In this document: piece after piece, positions 7,121-16,322 of the stretch
Numbering within the stretch: position 1 is the stretch's first letter
Layout: every line of letters begins with the position of its first letter
Assembly (NCBI GenBank): GCA_044359815.1
Contig: JBIKLL010000055.1
Span: forward strand, 1-18,826
Direction: 5' to 3'
Source of the DNA: Pseudobdellovibrionaceae bacterium
GTDB lineage: Bacteria; Bdellovibrionota; Bdellovibrionia; Bdellovibrionales; Bdellovibrionaceae
DNA: 18,826 nucleotides
The notes under the pieces: model-generated
Database searches by the model: none
Told to the model about the DNA's origin: nothing
Seen by the model: only the letters and a program-made list of their open reading frames with translations
Translations under genes and position numbers: made by a program

Positions 7121-8815
7121 ATGTTAAAAGAGCTCAGAGTTTCTAATTTCGCAATCATTGAAAACATATCAATCGAATTGGGTAAGGGATTAGTTATTTT
7201 GAGCGGCGAAACCGGTGCTGGAAAATCAGTATTGATAAAAAGCCTTGGGCTTTTGATGGGTAATAAAGCCGCTGCTGATATGATTCGTACAGGTTGTCAG
7301 TCAGCCAGTGTCGAAGGATCCTTTGATCTGAGCAAAAGAACAGATCTGATCGAAAAATTAATTGAAATGGGTATAGAGGTTGATGGGCAGGAGCTGATCG
7401 TTCGCAGAATTATCACCGAAGACAAATCAAAAATTTATTTAAACGGGAGCTTAGCTTCACTGAATTCTCTGCGTGAATTGGTGGCGCCATTGATAGAGGT
7501 TGCTGGACAAAATGCTCCGTTGATTGAAATGACAGGGCAACACGAAAATCGCAATCTGCTGTCGACACAATATCAATTGGATATTTTAGACAGATACGCA
7601 GGTAATTTTGACCTCAGAAATGCATTTGCAGCCAGCTGGCATCAATTGTCTGATCTGAATAAGAAGCTAAATCAATTACTGGGTGAGGAATCCACTAGAA
7701 ATCAAAAATTAGATTTTTTGAGTTTTCAATTTCGTGAAATCGAAAAAATGGAACTGAGACCCTTTGAGGAATCATTGATTGAACAAGAAGTTTCCATGCT
7801 AAAAAATATTTCTAAATGGAGCGAGTTTTTAGACCTGTCTGAAAATTTACTGTATGGCGAGGATGGTTCAATCATAGGTGGGCTTTCAAAAATCATTCAA
7901 AAAGGCCGAAGCCTTAGTTTAAAAGAATCAAACGTGGATGAAAAACTGACTGAGCTGGAAACAGCAAAAACTTTGATCGAGGACAGTTTGTATTCGCTGA
8001 GGACTCAATTTAATAATTCAGAAAATGATTCGCAAAAACTGGATGCCTTGGAAGAACGATTGAGTCAGTTCAGAAAATTGCAAAAAAAATACGGCAATAC
8101 AGCAGCTGAGATCCTGGAGGCTTTTGACAAAATTAAATCTGAGCTTTCTGATTTGCAAAATTTTGATGAAAGCATTGCAGGACTTCGCAAAAAAATCCAA
8201 TCACAAACCGAAATTTTAAATTCTATGGCGGCAGAACTGCGGGAGCGACGCCGAAATGCCATTCAGCTATTGGAAGTCGGGGTGAACGAGGAATTGCTGG
8301 ATCTGAATATGAAGGGCGTGCAGTTCAAGGTTATGTTTGAGCCCCTGGATAATCAAAATTTAACAGGATCTGATTTGGTCGAGTTTCAGTGTCAGGCCAC
8401 AACGACCGAACCCGCCAGGTCATTGGCCAAAGTCGCCAGTGGTGGTGAGCTTTCCAGAATTTTGTTGGCGCTAAAGCGTGTTGTTGGATCCTCGGATTAT
8501 CCGCGTACTTATTTATTTGATGAAGTCGACACTGGGGTGTCCGGCCAGACGGCTGAAAAGGTTGGTCGTAAATTAAGATCCATCGCTAAGGGTCAGCAGG
8601 TAATTTGTATCACGCATTTACCTCAGGTTGCAGTGTTTGCAGATCAGCATTTTAACATTCAGAAAAATCCCGAAAAGGGTAAGGTCTCGATGATGATCAA
8701 AAAACTGACTTCCGCCGATCGGGCAGAAGAAATCGCCCGACTGATTTCTGGCGAAAAGGTTTCCAAAACCAGCTTGGCCCACGCCAAACAACTGATCAGC
8801 GAAGCCAGAGGCTAA
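7121..8815 (+). CDS. recN: DNA repair protein RecN
   Basis: Walker A GETGAGKS, GQHE Q-loop, coiled coil, ASGGELSR signature, FDEVDTGVSG, CITHLPQVA. Confidence 0.97.
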   Translation: MLKELRVSNFAIIENISIELGKGLVILSGETGAGKSVLIKSLGLLMGNKAAADMIRTGCQSASVEGSFDLSKRTDLIEKLIEMGIEVDGQELIVRRIITEDKSKIYLNGSLASLNSLRELVAPLIEVAGQNAPLIEMTGQHENRNLLSTQYQLDILDRYAGNFDLRNAFAASWHQLSDLNKKLNQLLGEESTRNQKLDFLSFQFREIEKMELRPFEESLIEQEVSMLKNISKWSEFLDLSENLLYGEDGSIIGGLSKIIQKGRSLSLKESNVDEKLTELETAKTLIEDSLYSLRTQFNNSENDSQKLDALEERLSQFRKLQKKYGNTAAEILEAFDKIKSELSDLQNFDESIAGLRKKIQSQTEILNSMAAELRERRRNAIQLLEVGVNEELLDLNMKGVQFKVMFEPLDNQNLTGSDLVEFQCQATTTEPARSLAKVASGGELSRILLALKRVVGSSDYPRTYLFDEVDTGVSGQTAEKVGRKLRSIAKGQQVICITHLPQVAVFADQHFNIQKNPEKGKVSMMIKKLTSADRAEEIARLISGEKVSKTSLAHAKQLISEARG

Positions 8816-8818
8816 ATC

Positions 8819-9257
8819 TGAAGAGTCTTTTAACTGGCCCGCTTCGCCGCAGATATTTTGAATTTTAAAAAAGTAATTCTGTGATTTTCCACTTTGTGAA
8901 TACTTGCTAACGGCCGCAAGCTCATCTCTCGTATTGCATAAATGCAAAGGTAATTTGTTTTTACTGTTTTTAGACACATGCAGCGAGCGTGCGGGGCATA
9001 TCTGGTGTTGAGTCATTTTATAAAAGCAAAAAAATTGCTTTTATAAAATGATTCAATACGAGAGATGAGCCCGCGGCCGTTAGCGAGTGTCTAAAAATAG
9101 TGAAAAAAATTATCTTTGCATTTACGCAACACCAGATATGCGGCGGTAAATTAAACGTCGCGCTCGCAAATGTATTCACAAAGTGGAAAATCACAGAATT
9201 ACTTTTTTAAAATTCAAAATTTCTGCAGGCAAGTAAACCAGCGAGTACCCTTCAGCT
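8819..9257. mobile_element. Non-coding ~440-bp fold-back (MITE/REPIN-like) element flanked by a 9-bp direct repeat GGCTAAATC
   Basis: DR at 8810-8818 and 9258-9266; nested inverted arms 8849-8903/9172-9226 (54/55), 8934-8977/9087-9129 (39/44), 9008-9029/9035-9056 (21/22); degenerate outer IR CTGAAG (8818-8823)/CTTCAG (9250-9255); no transposase. Confidence 0.65.
9008..9056. repeat. Central 22-bp hairpin of the fold-back element (A5 loop); may also help terminate the convergent transcripts
   Basis: TTGAGTCATTTTATAAAAGCAA-AAAAA-TTGCTTTTATAAAATGATTCAA, one G-T mismatch. Confidence 0.9.
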
Positions 9258-9264
9258 GGCTAAA

Positions 9265-11031
9265 TCACCGGTAGAGGGCTTCCAGTTGGGAACGGTATTT
9301 TTGATCCAGAAATTTTCTTTTGAGTTTCAGTGATGGGGTTAGCTCGCCAGCCTCGATAGTGAAATCATGGGGTAATATCGAAAATTTTTTGATGCTTTCA
9401 TGGTGTGCCAGTTTCGAATTCACCAGAGTGATGTTTTTACGGATTTCCTCAAAGACTTTTTTGTGGTTGTAAACCGCTGTGATAGTGGCTTCGCCCAAAT
9501 TTTTATCCACAGCGAAATTTTTAACCTGCTGTTCATCCAACGTCACCAAAGCCACGATGTATTTTTGTTGATCCCCATAAATTAAAACATTTGAAACAAG
9601 CGATGTGGATTTAAGCAGATTTTCAAGCTTTTGTGGGGCTACGTATTTGCCGTTTGCGGTTTTGATCAAATCCTTTTTGCGATCAGTGATTTTTAAATGA
9701 CCTCGATCAGTTAATTCACCAATATCGCCGGTGTGAAACCATCCATCAGTAAATGAATTTTTATTGGATTCGTCATCTTTGTAATAGCCTGCAGTGACCT
9801 TTTTGCTTTTCACCAAGATTTCGCCATCATCTGCAAATTTGATCTGCACATCTGCCAGGGGTTTGCCCACGCTGCCAAAGGCATAATCTATGGGAGTGTT
9901 AACAGCAATAGCAGCCGTTGTTTCAGTCAAACCATAGCCTTCTAGTACCAAAATTTCACAGGCGTGAAAAAATTGTGAAACCTCGGGGCTAAGCGGGGCT
10001 CCACCACAAATCGAAAACCTTAATCGACCACCAAAGGCCTCTTTGACTTTGTCTAAAACTAGTTTCTTTGCCACCAAATATTCTGCTGCCAATAAAGCGG
10101 GTGGTGTTTGCTTTTTTAATTTGTAATCCCCAAGCTGCATCCCAACACCTAAAGCCCATTTAAACAGTTTTGATTTCAGTGGATGCAGTTCCAATTGGGA
10201 TAAAATCCCTCCGTAAATTTTTTCGAAAATTCTGGGCACAGCTACCAGCAAAGTGGGTTGAGCCTTTAAAAGATTATTTTTAATTTTTTCGATGCTTTCG
10301 GCATAGGTCATGTGAAAGCCAATATACATATGACCCCATTGCTCTATGCGGCCCAAAACGTGAGCGTAAGGCAAAAAGGTCAGTGTGCTGTCAGAAGGAG
10401 TAATGCCCAACATGGGAAAAGTGTCTTCAACCTCGCTGATAATCTGAGAGTGCAAAACAGTGACACCCTTGGGGATACCTGAAGTTCCTGAAGTGTAAAT
10501 TATTGAAGCTAAATCGCTAGGTTTGATGTTTTGGCAGTTGGATTCGAAAACAGATTTGTATTCGGACAAATACTGACTGCCCATTAACTGCAGTTCGGTC
10601 CAAGTCAAAACATCGTTGTCCTCAGTAGAACCTTTAAATAAAACAATTTTTTTAACCTGAGGGCACTGGCTTTGGATTTTTTTAAAATTTTTCAGTAACT
10701 GAGGGCTCTCTACACATAAAATCTGAATTTCGGCATGATTGATCAGATATTTAAGTTCCTCGGTGGTGACTGATTGATATATGGGTACAGTGACATTGCC
10801 CATGGATAAAACGGCAAAATCCATCACAGACCATTCAAAACAAGTATTAGAATAAATTGCGACCTTGACGCCTTTTTGGGGAATGATCTGGTTTAAGGCG
10901 CTGGCCGTACTAAAAATCTTTTCGTAATATTGGGGCCAGGTCAGGTTCTGCCAACGGCCAGCTTGCATAAATGACAATGCGTTTTGATTTCGGTCCCTAG
11001 ATTTTAGCAGATACTTTGTGATTGTCCCCAT
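9265..11031 (-). CDS. fadD: Long-chain fatty acid--CoA ligase (AMP-dependent synthetase, FadD15/ACSL-like)
   Basis: IIYTSGTSGIPKG, EGYGLTET, GWFHTGDIG, TDRKKDLIKT..GKYVAPQ, ELTPSLKLKR motifs. Confidence 0.92.
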   Translation of the reverse strand: MGTITKYLLKSRDRNQNALSFMQAGRWQNLTWPQYYEKIFSTASALNQIIPQKGVKVAIYSNTCFEWSVMDFAVLSMGNVTVPIYQSVTTEELKYLINHAEIQILCVESPQLLKNFKKIQSQCPQVKKIVLFKGSTEDNDVLTWTELQLMGSQYLSEYKSVFESNCQNIKPSDLASIIYTSGTSGIPKGVTVLHSQIISEVEDTFPMLGITPSDSTLTFLPYAHVLGRIEQWGHMYIGFHMTYAESIEKIKNNLLKAQPTLLVAVPRIFEKIYGGILSQLELHPLKSKLFKWALGVGMQLGDYKLKKQTPPALLAAEYLVAKKLVLDKVKEAFGGRLRFSICGGAPLSPEVSQFFHACEILVLEGYGLTETTAAIAVNTPIDYAFGSVGKPLADVQIKFADDGEILVKSKKVTAGYYKDDESNKNSFTDGWFHTGDIGELTDRGHLKITDRKKDLIKTANGKYVAPQKLENLLKSTSLVSNVLIYGDQQKYIVALVTLDEQQVKNFAVDKNLGEATITAVYNHKKVFEEIRKNITLVNSKLAHHESIKKFSILPHDFTIEAGELTPSLKLKRKFLDQKYRSQLEALYR

Positions 11032-11045
11032 AGGGAACTTTTAAC

Positions 11046-12911
11046 TTATTGCCCGCGGCTTTGTCTATTTTTGTTGTTGGTCAAAATCAGGTTAAGGCTC
11101 TTTTTCTGATTGGCACCAACCGTGACTGTCGATTCAGCATACAATTGCGAATAGGGATTCTGAATCTGAACTCTTATTGGGATATTTGCTGGCACTCCGT
11201 ACATTTTTATAGGCAATTTTTCCGAGATTCTTTGGCCGTTAATTGCTATCACCGGATTTGTGCCCGAATTTGGTGAGCTTACAGAAATGTAACCCATTTG
11301 AGGCATGGGTTTCAGTGTGGCCCTTATCGTTTGACCGCTTGAGTAAATGATTTGTCTGGATTCATGAGCCTGATAACCATCACGCTTTAGTTGCAAACGG
11401 AATTCGCGGTTACCGCCGATGGCGTGCCGGGCGGGTGTGATCAGCCCTGTGTCCTTGCCATCAATAATAATTTTAGCCCCGCTGGGGAAGCTTTCAACAG
11501 CAAAGGCCAGTGGCTGTTTGCTGCCCAGTTCAACAGAGCCCAATTGCTGTGAGGTCAAATTGCGGTCATCGTTCATTTGATTTCGGAATCCGAAAAACCA
11601 AACACCAAATACCATCACTGCAGCTATCGCCACGTAAACCCAATTGCTGTCTAAAAAGCTTTGGCGACGGAATTCCATCGGAGGATAGGGATTATAGTTA
11701 CTAGTTCTGGAGGCATTATCGCGATAAACCTGTGATTGATTGGACCCAGCGGATTTGCGTTGTTTTGAATTGTCGATTTTTAAATCGTTCAAATTCACTT
11801 TGATTTGTTTTTCCTGTTTGAACAAATCTGCGTCTTGCATGGGATCATCAGCATAATTTTTTTCTTTGGATTCGCCCTTTTCGCTTTCAGTAATGGTGAT
11901 TGTGGATGTTACCTCGGCCGCCATAGCATCAAAAGCCTGCAGCTTAGAGTATTCGACCATTTTCTTTTTATTTTCCAGATAAGTCTGCGCAAAAGCTGAT
12001 TTCATATACACAGAAAAATCTTGCGGAGAAAATTCAGGGTATTGAGTGTTTAAAAATCTGTTCAGATCTTTGTGGAAAGCACTCGAGGTTTGATAGCGTA
12101 AGCTTTTGTCCTTGGACAGGGCTTTGTTGCAAATGCGTTCCAGCTCAGGTGAAATATTGGGATTGATCGATCGCAGATTGGGGATTTGGCATTCACGGAT
12201 TTTTTTCAGTGTTGCGGCCTCGCTGCCTGAAGTAAATAATCTTTCATTGGCCAGCAGTTCCCACAATACAATTCCCAGTGAAAAAATATCTGTGCGCAAA
12301 TCCACATCTTGTCCATCAGCTTGCTCGGGACTCATGTAGCCAAATTTGCCTTTGATTGTTCCAGTCCTGGTGTTTTCGATTTGTGATTCTGTTTTTGCAA
12401 TTCCGAAATCGATGATTTTGATTTCGCCCTCAAAACTAATCATGATATTTTGGGGACTCATATCACGATGAATGATGTTCAAAGGTTTGCCGGTAGTTCC
12501 ATCGATGCAACGGTGAGCGTGATCCAATCCTGCTGCAACTTCGGTGACAACATAAACGATTTGATCAATCGAAAAATGTTTGTCGCTTTTTTTCATGTGG
12601 TTCAAAACTTGACGCAGATTTTGACCTTCAACGAATTCCATCACCAGAAAGAACTGACTGTTCTGAATACCAAATTCATAAATCGAAACGACGTTTCCGT
12701 GATTCAGATTGACCGCGATTTTGGCTTCTTCTTTGAACATATCGATGAATTCAGGATTTTCAGAGTACTGAGGCAGGATGCGTTTGATAGCAACAAAGCG
12801 CGAAATTCCAGCAGCGCCCGTGGATTTTGCCAAATAAACTTCGGCCATACCGCCAGCGGCTAATCTTTCTAGCAATAAATATTTACCAAATCCCTCAATT
12901 GAACGACTCAC
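11046..12911 (-). CDS. Membrane Hanks-type Ser/Thr protein kinase with C-terminal PEGA-like domain(s)
   Basis: GTG start; LAAGGMAEV, AIK, HRDMSPQN, DFG, YMSPE; TM WVYVAIAAVMVFGVWFFGF; VESFPSGAKIIIDGKDTGLITP PEGA pattern. Confidence 0.93.
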   Translation of the reverse strand: MSRSIEGFGKYLLLERLAAGGMAEVYLAKSTGAAGISRFVAIKRILPQYSENPEFIDMFKEEAKIAVNLNHGNVVSIYEFGIQNSQFFLVMEFVEGQNLRQVLNHMKKSDKHFSIDQIVYVVTEVAAGLDHAHRCIDGTTGKPLNIIHRDMSPQNIMISFEGEIKIIDFGIAKTESQIENTRTGTIKGKFGYMSPEQADGQDVDLRTDIFSLGIVLWELLANERLFTSGSEAATLKKIRECQIPNLRSINPNISPELERICNKALSKDKSLRYQTSSAFHKDLNRFLNTQYPEFSPQDFSVYMKSAFAQTYLENKKKMVEYSKLQAFDAMAAEVTSTITITESEKGESKEKNYADDPMQDADLFKQEKQIKVNLNDLKIDNSKQRKSAGSNQSQVYRDNASRTSNYNPYPPMEFRRQSFLDSNWVYVAIAAVMVFGVWFFGFRNQMNDDRNLTSQQLGSVELGSKQPLAFAVESFPSGAKIIIDGKDTGLITPARHAIGGNREFRLQLKRDGYQAHESRQIIYSSGQTIRATLKPMPQMGYISVSSPNSGTNPVIAINGQRISEKLPIKMYGVPANIPIRVQIQNPYSQLYAESTVTVGANQKKSLNLILTNNKNRQSRGQ

Positions 12912-12950
12912 GCTTTTTTTGTCCTAGCTAGGTGACCGAGCAAAAAATTT

Positions 12951-12966
12951 TGGCAACTAAGCTGCA
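12951..12966 (+). promoter_or_regulatory. Candidate sigma54 -24/-12 promoter oriented toward coaE
   Basis: TGGCAACTAAGCTGCA has GG-N10-GC spacing vs consensus TGGCAC-N5-TTGCW (2 mismatches). Confidence 0.3.
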
Positions 12967-13133
12967 GATTTTTTTCACCGGTCAACTAGTGTATGTATCG
13001 GTAATTCATGATTAAAAAGTGAATTTTAAGTTTGAAAAACTGAACCCACAGACTTTGGTCTGCAATGTTTAAATTCTCATTTTTGCAGGACCAGCAATCT
13101 GATGACAGAATCTTTATCCCCAACTAAGATCAA

Positions 13134-13736
13134 GTGATGAAATGGATTGGTTTAACTGGTGGAATTGCCAGCGGAAAATCGACTGCTGCAGAGATCATAA
13201 GAAAATTTGGTTTTTCGGTGATTGATGCTGATCAGATTGCCAAGGAAGTCGTGGCAAAAAACACTCCAGGACTAAGGTCTGTAGTCGATGTATTTGGATC
13301 CCAGATTCTAAGCGCTGATGGCCAATTAGATCGTAAAAAATTATCCGAAATTGTATTTCAAGACAAAGCATCTTTGGAAAAACTGGAGTCCTTGCTTCAT
13401 CCCTTGATCCAAGACAAGGTCAAAAAAATCAGACAGCAATTGGCTGATAGCGGAAATAAAATCGCATTTTATGATGTGCCTTTGTTGTTTGAAAAAAACA
13501 TGATGAAACAGTTTGACCAAATCATTGTGGTCAACGTCACCCAGCAAAATCAAATTCAAAGATTGAAATCCAGAAACAATTTAACTGATGAACAAATCAA
13601 TCACAGACTAAAAAATCAAATTCCGCTCAGTCAAAAAACCAAAATGGCAAATTTTGTTTTGGATAATAACGGAACCGAAGCTGATTTGGAAAATTCAATC
13701 AAAGAATTATTAAAAAAACTCAATCCCACGGCATAG
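13134..13736 (+). CDS. coaE: Dephospho-CoA kinase
   Basis: IGLTGGIASGKST P-loop, IDADQIA, LDRKKL, LHPLI, DVPLLFE, RL..R; start may be the ATG at 13137. Confidence 0.96.
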   Translation: MMKWIGLTGGIASGKSTAAEIIRKFGFSVIDADQIAKEVVAKNTPGLRSVVDVFGSQILSADGQLDRKKLSEIVFQDKASLEKLESLLHPLIQDKVKKIRQQLADSGNKIAFYDVPLLFEKNMMKQFDQIIVVNVTQQNQIQRLKSRNNLTDEQINHRLKNQIPLSQKTKMANFVLDNNGTEADLENSIKELLKKLNPTA

Positions 13737-14364
13737 GAAAAATAATTAAAGCTTCATAGTGAAGGCCTGTCAAACCCACGGCAGCCGCTAAATCAAAGCT
13801 GTACCTGTCATTGGAATTAGCAATGTTTCCAAGGCCCACTGACAGTCTTAAAAAATATCTTTTAAAATTTATAATATTAGCCAGCCAATCACTGGGATAA
13901 TAGGCCGCTTGAATTCCCATTTTGTAATAGGGTCTGTAGTAGGATTCAAATGTTCTGGGTGAAAACTTAAATCCTAAATCCCAACCAAAATATTTCAGTC
14001 CATGGGTAGTAATTGAAAGTTCCATCATGTTTCCAATTTTGTCAGTAAAAGGGCGGACATATCCAAAGCTGTACAGTTTTTCGGAATTGCCTTCAGGATC
14101 ATAAATGCCCAATCCGTAGCCCAAAAACAAACGATTGGTGTTATATCTGGATTTATAGATCACAGGCATTCCAGATTCTTTACCAACAGGAGTGTCTGAA
14201 ACCTGCAATGAATTTTTATGATCAACCTCGGACTGTGTATCAGAAAAATGCTGGCCTCCCTTTTTATCGGGTGGGATAAGGGTTGCTGGCGCTGCCAAAG
14301 TCTGTTTAAAAAAACAGACTGCCACGACTAAGGTCAAAAAAACTCTGATTATTTCAAGACGCAT
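13720..14364 (-). CDS. Exported hypothetical protein, probable small OM beta-barrel
   Basis: Signal peptide-like N-terminus; aromatic/Gly-rich alternating strands (YRPYYKMGIQ, FLRLSVGLG); 3' end overlaps coaE by 17 bp. Confidence 0.6.
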   Translation of the reverse strand: MRLEIIRVFLTLVVAVCFFKQTLAAPATLIPPDKKGGQHFSDTQSEVDHKNSLQVSDTPVGKESGMPVIYKSRYNTNRLFLGYGLGIYDPEGNSEKLYSFGYVRPFTDKIGNMMELSITTHGLKYFGWDLGFKFSPRTFESYYRPYYKMGIQAAYYPSDWLANIINFKRYFLRLSVGLGNIANSNDRYSFDLAAAVGLTGLHYEALIIFPMPWD

Positions 14365-14411
14365 CAGGGAAATTATATATCAAATTAGACAATTAAGAAT
14401 ATGATTTTGAT

Positions 14412-15581
14412 GTGTCACTAAAATCTTTTTTCGTTGTTAATCTTGTTTTAGCCTTTTCAACTTTGTCGTTTGCAAGCGATGGCGTGCATTCCAGGATTCA
14501 CCATTCCTATCAAAGCACCCGAGCTATGGGCATGGGCGACGCTTTCGTTGCCGCTACCAATGACTATTCGGCGATGTTTTACAACCCGGCAGCCTTGTCA
14601 CGTCGTGAAGAGCTGCAAATCAATATGTCCCTTGAGTTCGGTGGTTCGAAATCTTTCTATGATATTTACCAAGACGCATCTGCGCCTCAGGGGACTACAG
14701 AGTCCGAAAAATTCGCAGCGGCTAATGCCTTACTTTCTAGCAATTATGGTAAGCCCTTTATGCTAAAAACGTCTTTATTAAATGGCGTTATGGTGGGTAA
14801 TGGCTGGGGTTTTGCGTTTATTCCGATGGATCTGACCTTTGAGGGAAAAATCCACAATCAGGTAGCGCCTGCGCTAAACATCAGAGCTTATTTGGATACG
14901 ACTCTGGCTTACAGTTACGCCGATGACATACGTGGGGATTTTGGTGGCAGGTTGTCTTGGGGAACCACAGTGAAATTTGTTAATCGTGGTTTTATCAGCA
15001 AACAAGTCAGTGCTTTGGATCTGGCTCAAAACAGCAACGCTATTAAAAAAGAAGACGCTACTGACGGTTATACTTATGATTTTGATTTGGGATATTTGTT
15101 CACACCTGCATTGCCTGGTGATGGCTGGTGGTACATGTTGAAATTAGCACGTCCAACCTTTGGTTTGGTTGTGCGAAATGTTTTGAACACAGGATTTTCG
15201 AGATCATTTGGTTTGGTCAATAAACAGCAGCAAGAAATCCCTGAAGGTCTGAATCGTGTTATCGATTTAGGCATGAAATACGAATACCCCAATTTATGGA
15301 TTTTTGGTGGTCGGGGGACTTTGGATATTCGAGATATCGGCCACAAAAACTACACACTCAGACGGGCTTTTCATTTGGGATTTGAGTTTGATTGGGCCAT
15401 GGCTTCATGGTGGAAGGGTGCTTACCGAATCGGTGTGAACCAAGGTTATCCCACTTTGGGATTTTCGGCCCTGTTTACGATTTTTAATCTGGATTTAGCG
15501 ACTTATGGCGAAGATGTGGGGACTATAGATCACCCCAAAGAAAACCGTATGTATACTGTGAAACTTAATATCGACATATGA
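14412..15581 (+). CDS. Outer-membrane barrel of the TraF/PorV/FadL-like superfamily
   Basis: GTG start, signal peptide ending SFA; RAMGMGDAFVA...AMFYNPAAL N-terminal plug motif; beta-strand pattern through to the C-terminus. Confidence 0.75.
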   Translation: MSLKSFFVVNLVLAFSTLSFASDGVHSRIHHSYQSTRAMGMGDAFVAATNDYSAMFYNPAALSRREELQINMSLEFGGSKSFYDIYQDASAPQGTTESEKFAAANALLSSNYGKPFMLKTSLLNGVMVGNGWGFAFIPMDLTFEGKIHNQVAPALNIRAYLDTTLAYSYADDIRGDFGGRLSWGTTVKFVNRGFISKQVSALDLAQNSNAIKKEDATDGYTYDFDLGYLFTPALPGDGWWYMLKLARPTFGLVVRNVLNTGFSRSFGLVNKQQQEIPEGLNRVIDLGMKYEYPNLWIFGGRGTLDIRDIGHKNYTLRRAFHLGFEFDWAMASWWKGAYRIGVNQGYPTLGFSALFTIFNLDLATYGEDVGTIDHPKENRMYTVKLNIDI

Positions 15582-15597
15582 TATGATAGGGATGACT

Positions 15598-16320
15598 ATG
15601 ACAAAATCAAAAATCTTTGTTTTTATCATGATCGCCGGTTTGGCATTATCTTGTAGCAAAAGATCTGATGCCGACAAAATCCAAGAAGCACAGTCTTGTT
15701 TGGATTCTGCAACTCAGGCCACTTGGGCAGAATGCATGACCTTTGTTGAAGGCATGGAAAGCGCCGCTTCTTACAATATCAGATGTGTGGGAAAATTTAT
15801 TGAACAGGGTTTTGGTTCCAGCACAAAGCTTGAACAAATGATGACGGCAATTTCAGGCAGCTCTGGTACCAGTGAATCCACCGGTGTGATGTCAGCCTTA
15901 GCTTTTGATGCCAGCACCGACATGGCTTTAAATAATTCAAATGCAGAAATAACTTTGAGATACTGTTCTGCCAGCGAATCCCCTGGATTAATATTTTTGT
16001 CGTCCATTTCGCAAATTGCGACCAGCATTGCTTTCATTCAAGGTTTGACCGCCAGTCAGATGAATGATCCAGCTCAATTACTGACTGCCATTGGGGCCCT
16101 GCAGGGTAATCCTGCTGCGCAAACAGCTGTGGGAACTGCGGCGATTGCGGCTTACAATTCGAATTGCACAGGACAAAATGCTTCACAAAACGGAGATTTT
16201 TGCACCCAGTTTGGTTCAGCGGTCAGCGCAGCTGGCGGAACATCTAATCCAGAAGACGTTGGGGCAATAGTGTTACTCTGTTATGCGACTCCCACAGATC
16301 CTAGATGCACTGGATTTTAA
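15598..16320 (+). CDS. Ala/Ser-rich, Cys-containing lipoprotein of unknown function
   Basis: Lipobox ALSC; 8 further Cys; AGGGA before ATG 15598 (alternative starts 15583/15592); immediately follows the barrel gene. Confidence 0.75.
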   Translation: MTKSKIFVFIMIAGLALSCSKRSDADKIQEAQSCLDSATQATWAECMTFVEGMESAASYNIRCVGKFIEQGFGSSTKLEQMMTAISGSSGTSESTGVMSALAFDASTDMALNNSNAEITLRYCSASESPGLIFLSSISQIATSIAFIQGLTASQMNDPAQLLTAIGALQGNPAAQTAVGTAAIAAYNSNCTGQNASQNGDFCTQFGSAVSAAGGTSNPEDVGAIVLLCYATPTDPRCTGF

Positions 16321-16322
16321 AT

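Noticed and set aside
8618..9016. 132-aa minus-strand ORF as a transposase or peptide of the fold-back element
   Set aside because: Overlaps recN antisense, has no recognisable motif and crosses the element boundary
8898..9177. Integron attC sites or CRISPR repeats in the four modules
   Set aside because: No RYYYAAC/GTTRRRY cores, no cassette ORFs or integrase; modules are in mixed orientation and the intervening segments are mutually complementary rather than unique
12923..13062. Short palindromes CCTAGCTAGG and CAGAC-TTTG-GTCTG, and a minus-strand CCGATA sigma28-like -10, in the kinase/coaE intergenic region
   Set aside because: Short, with no convincing -35 partner; within chance expectation
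14412..15581. Evidence of a conjugative element from the TraF-like gene
   Set aside because: No relaxase, T4SS, integrase or att sites; flanked by core genes coaE and rsmI
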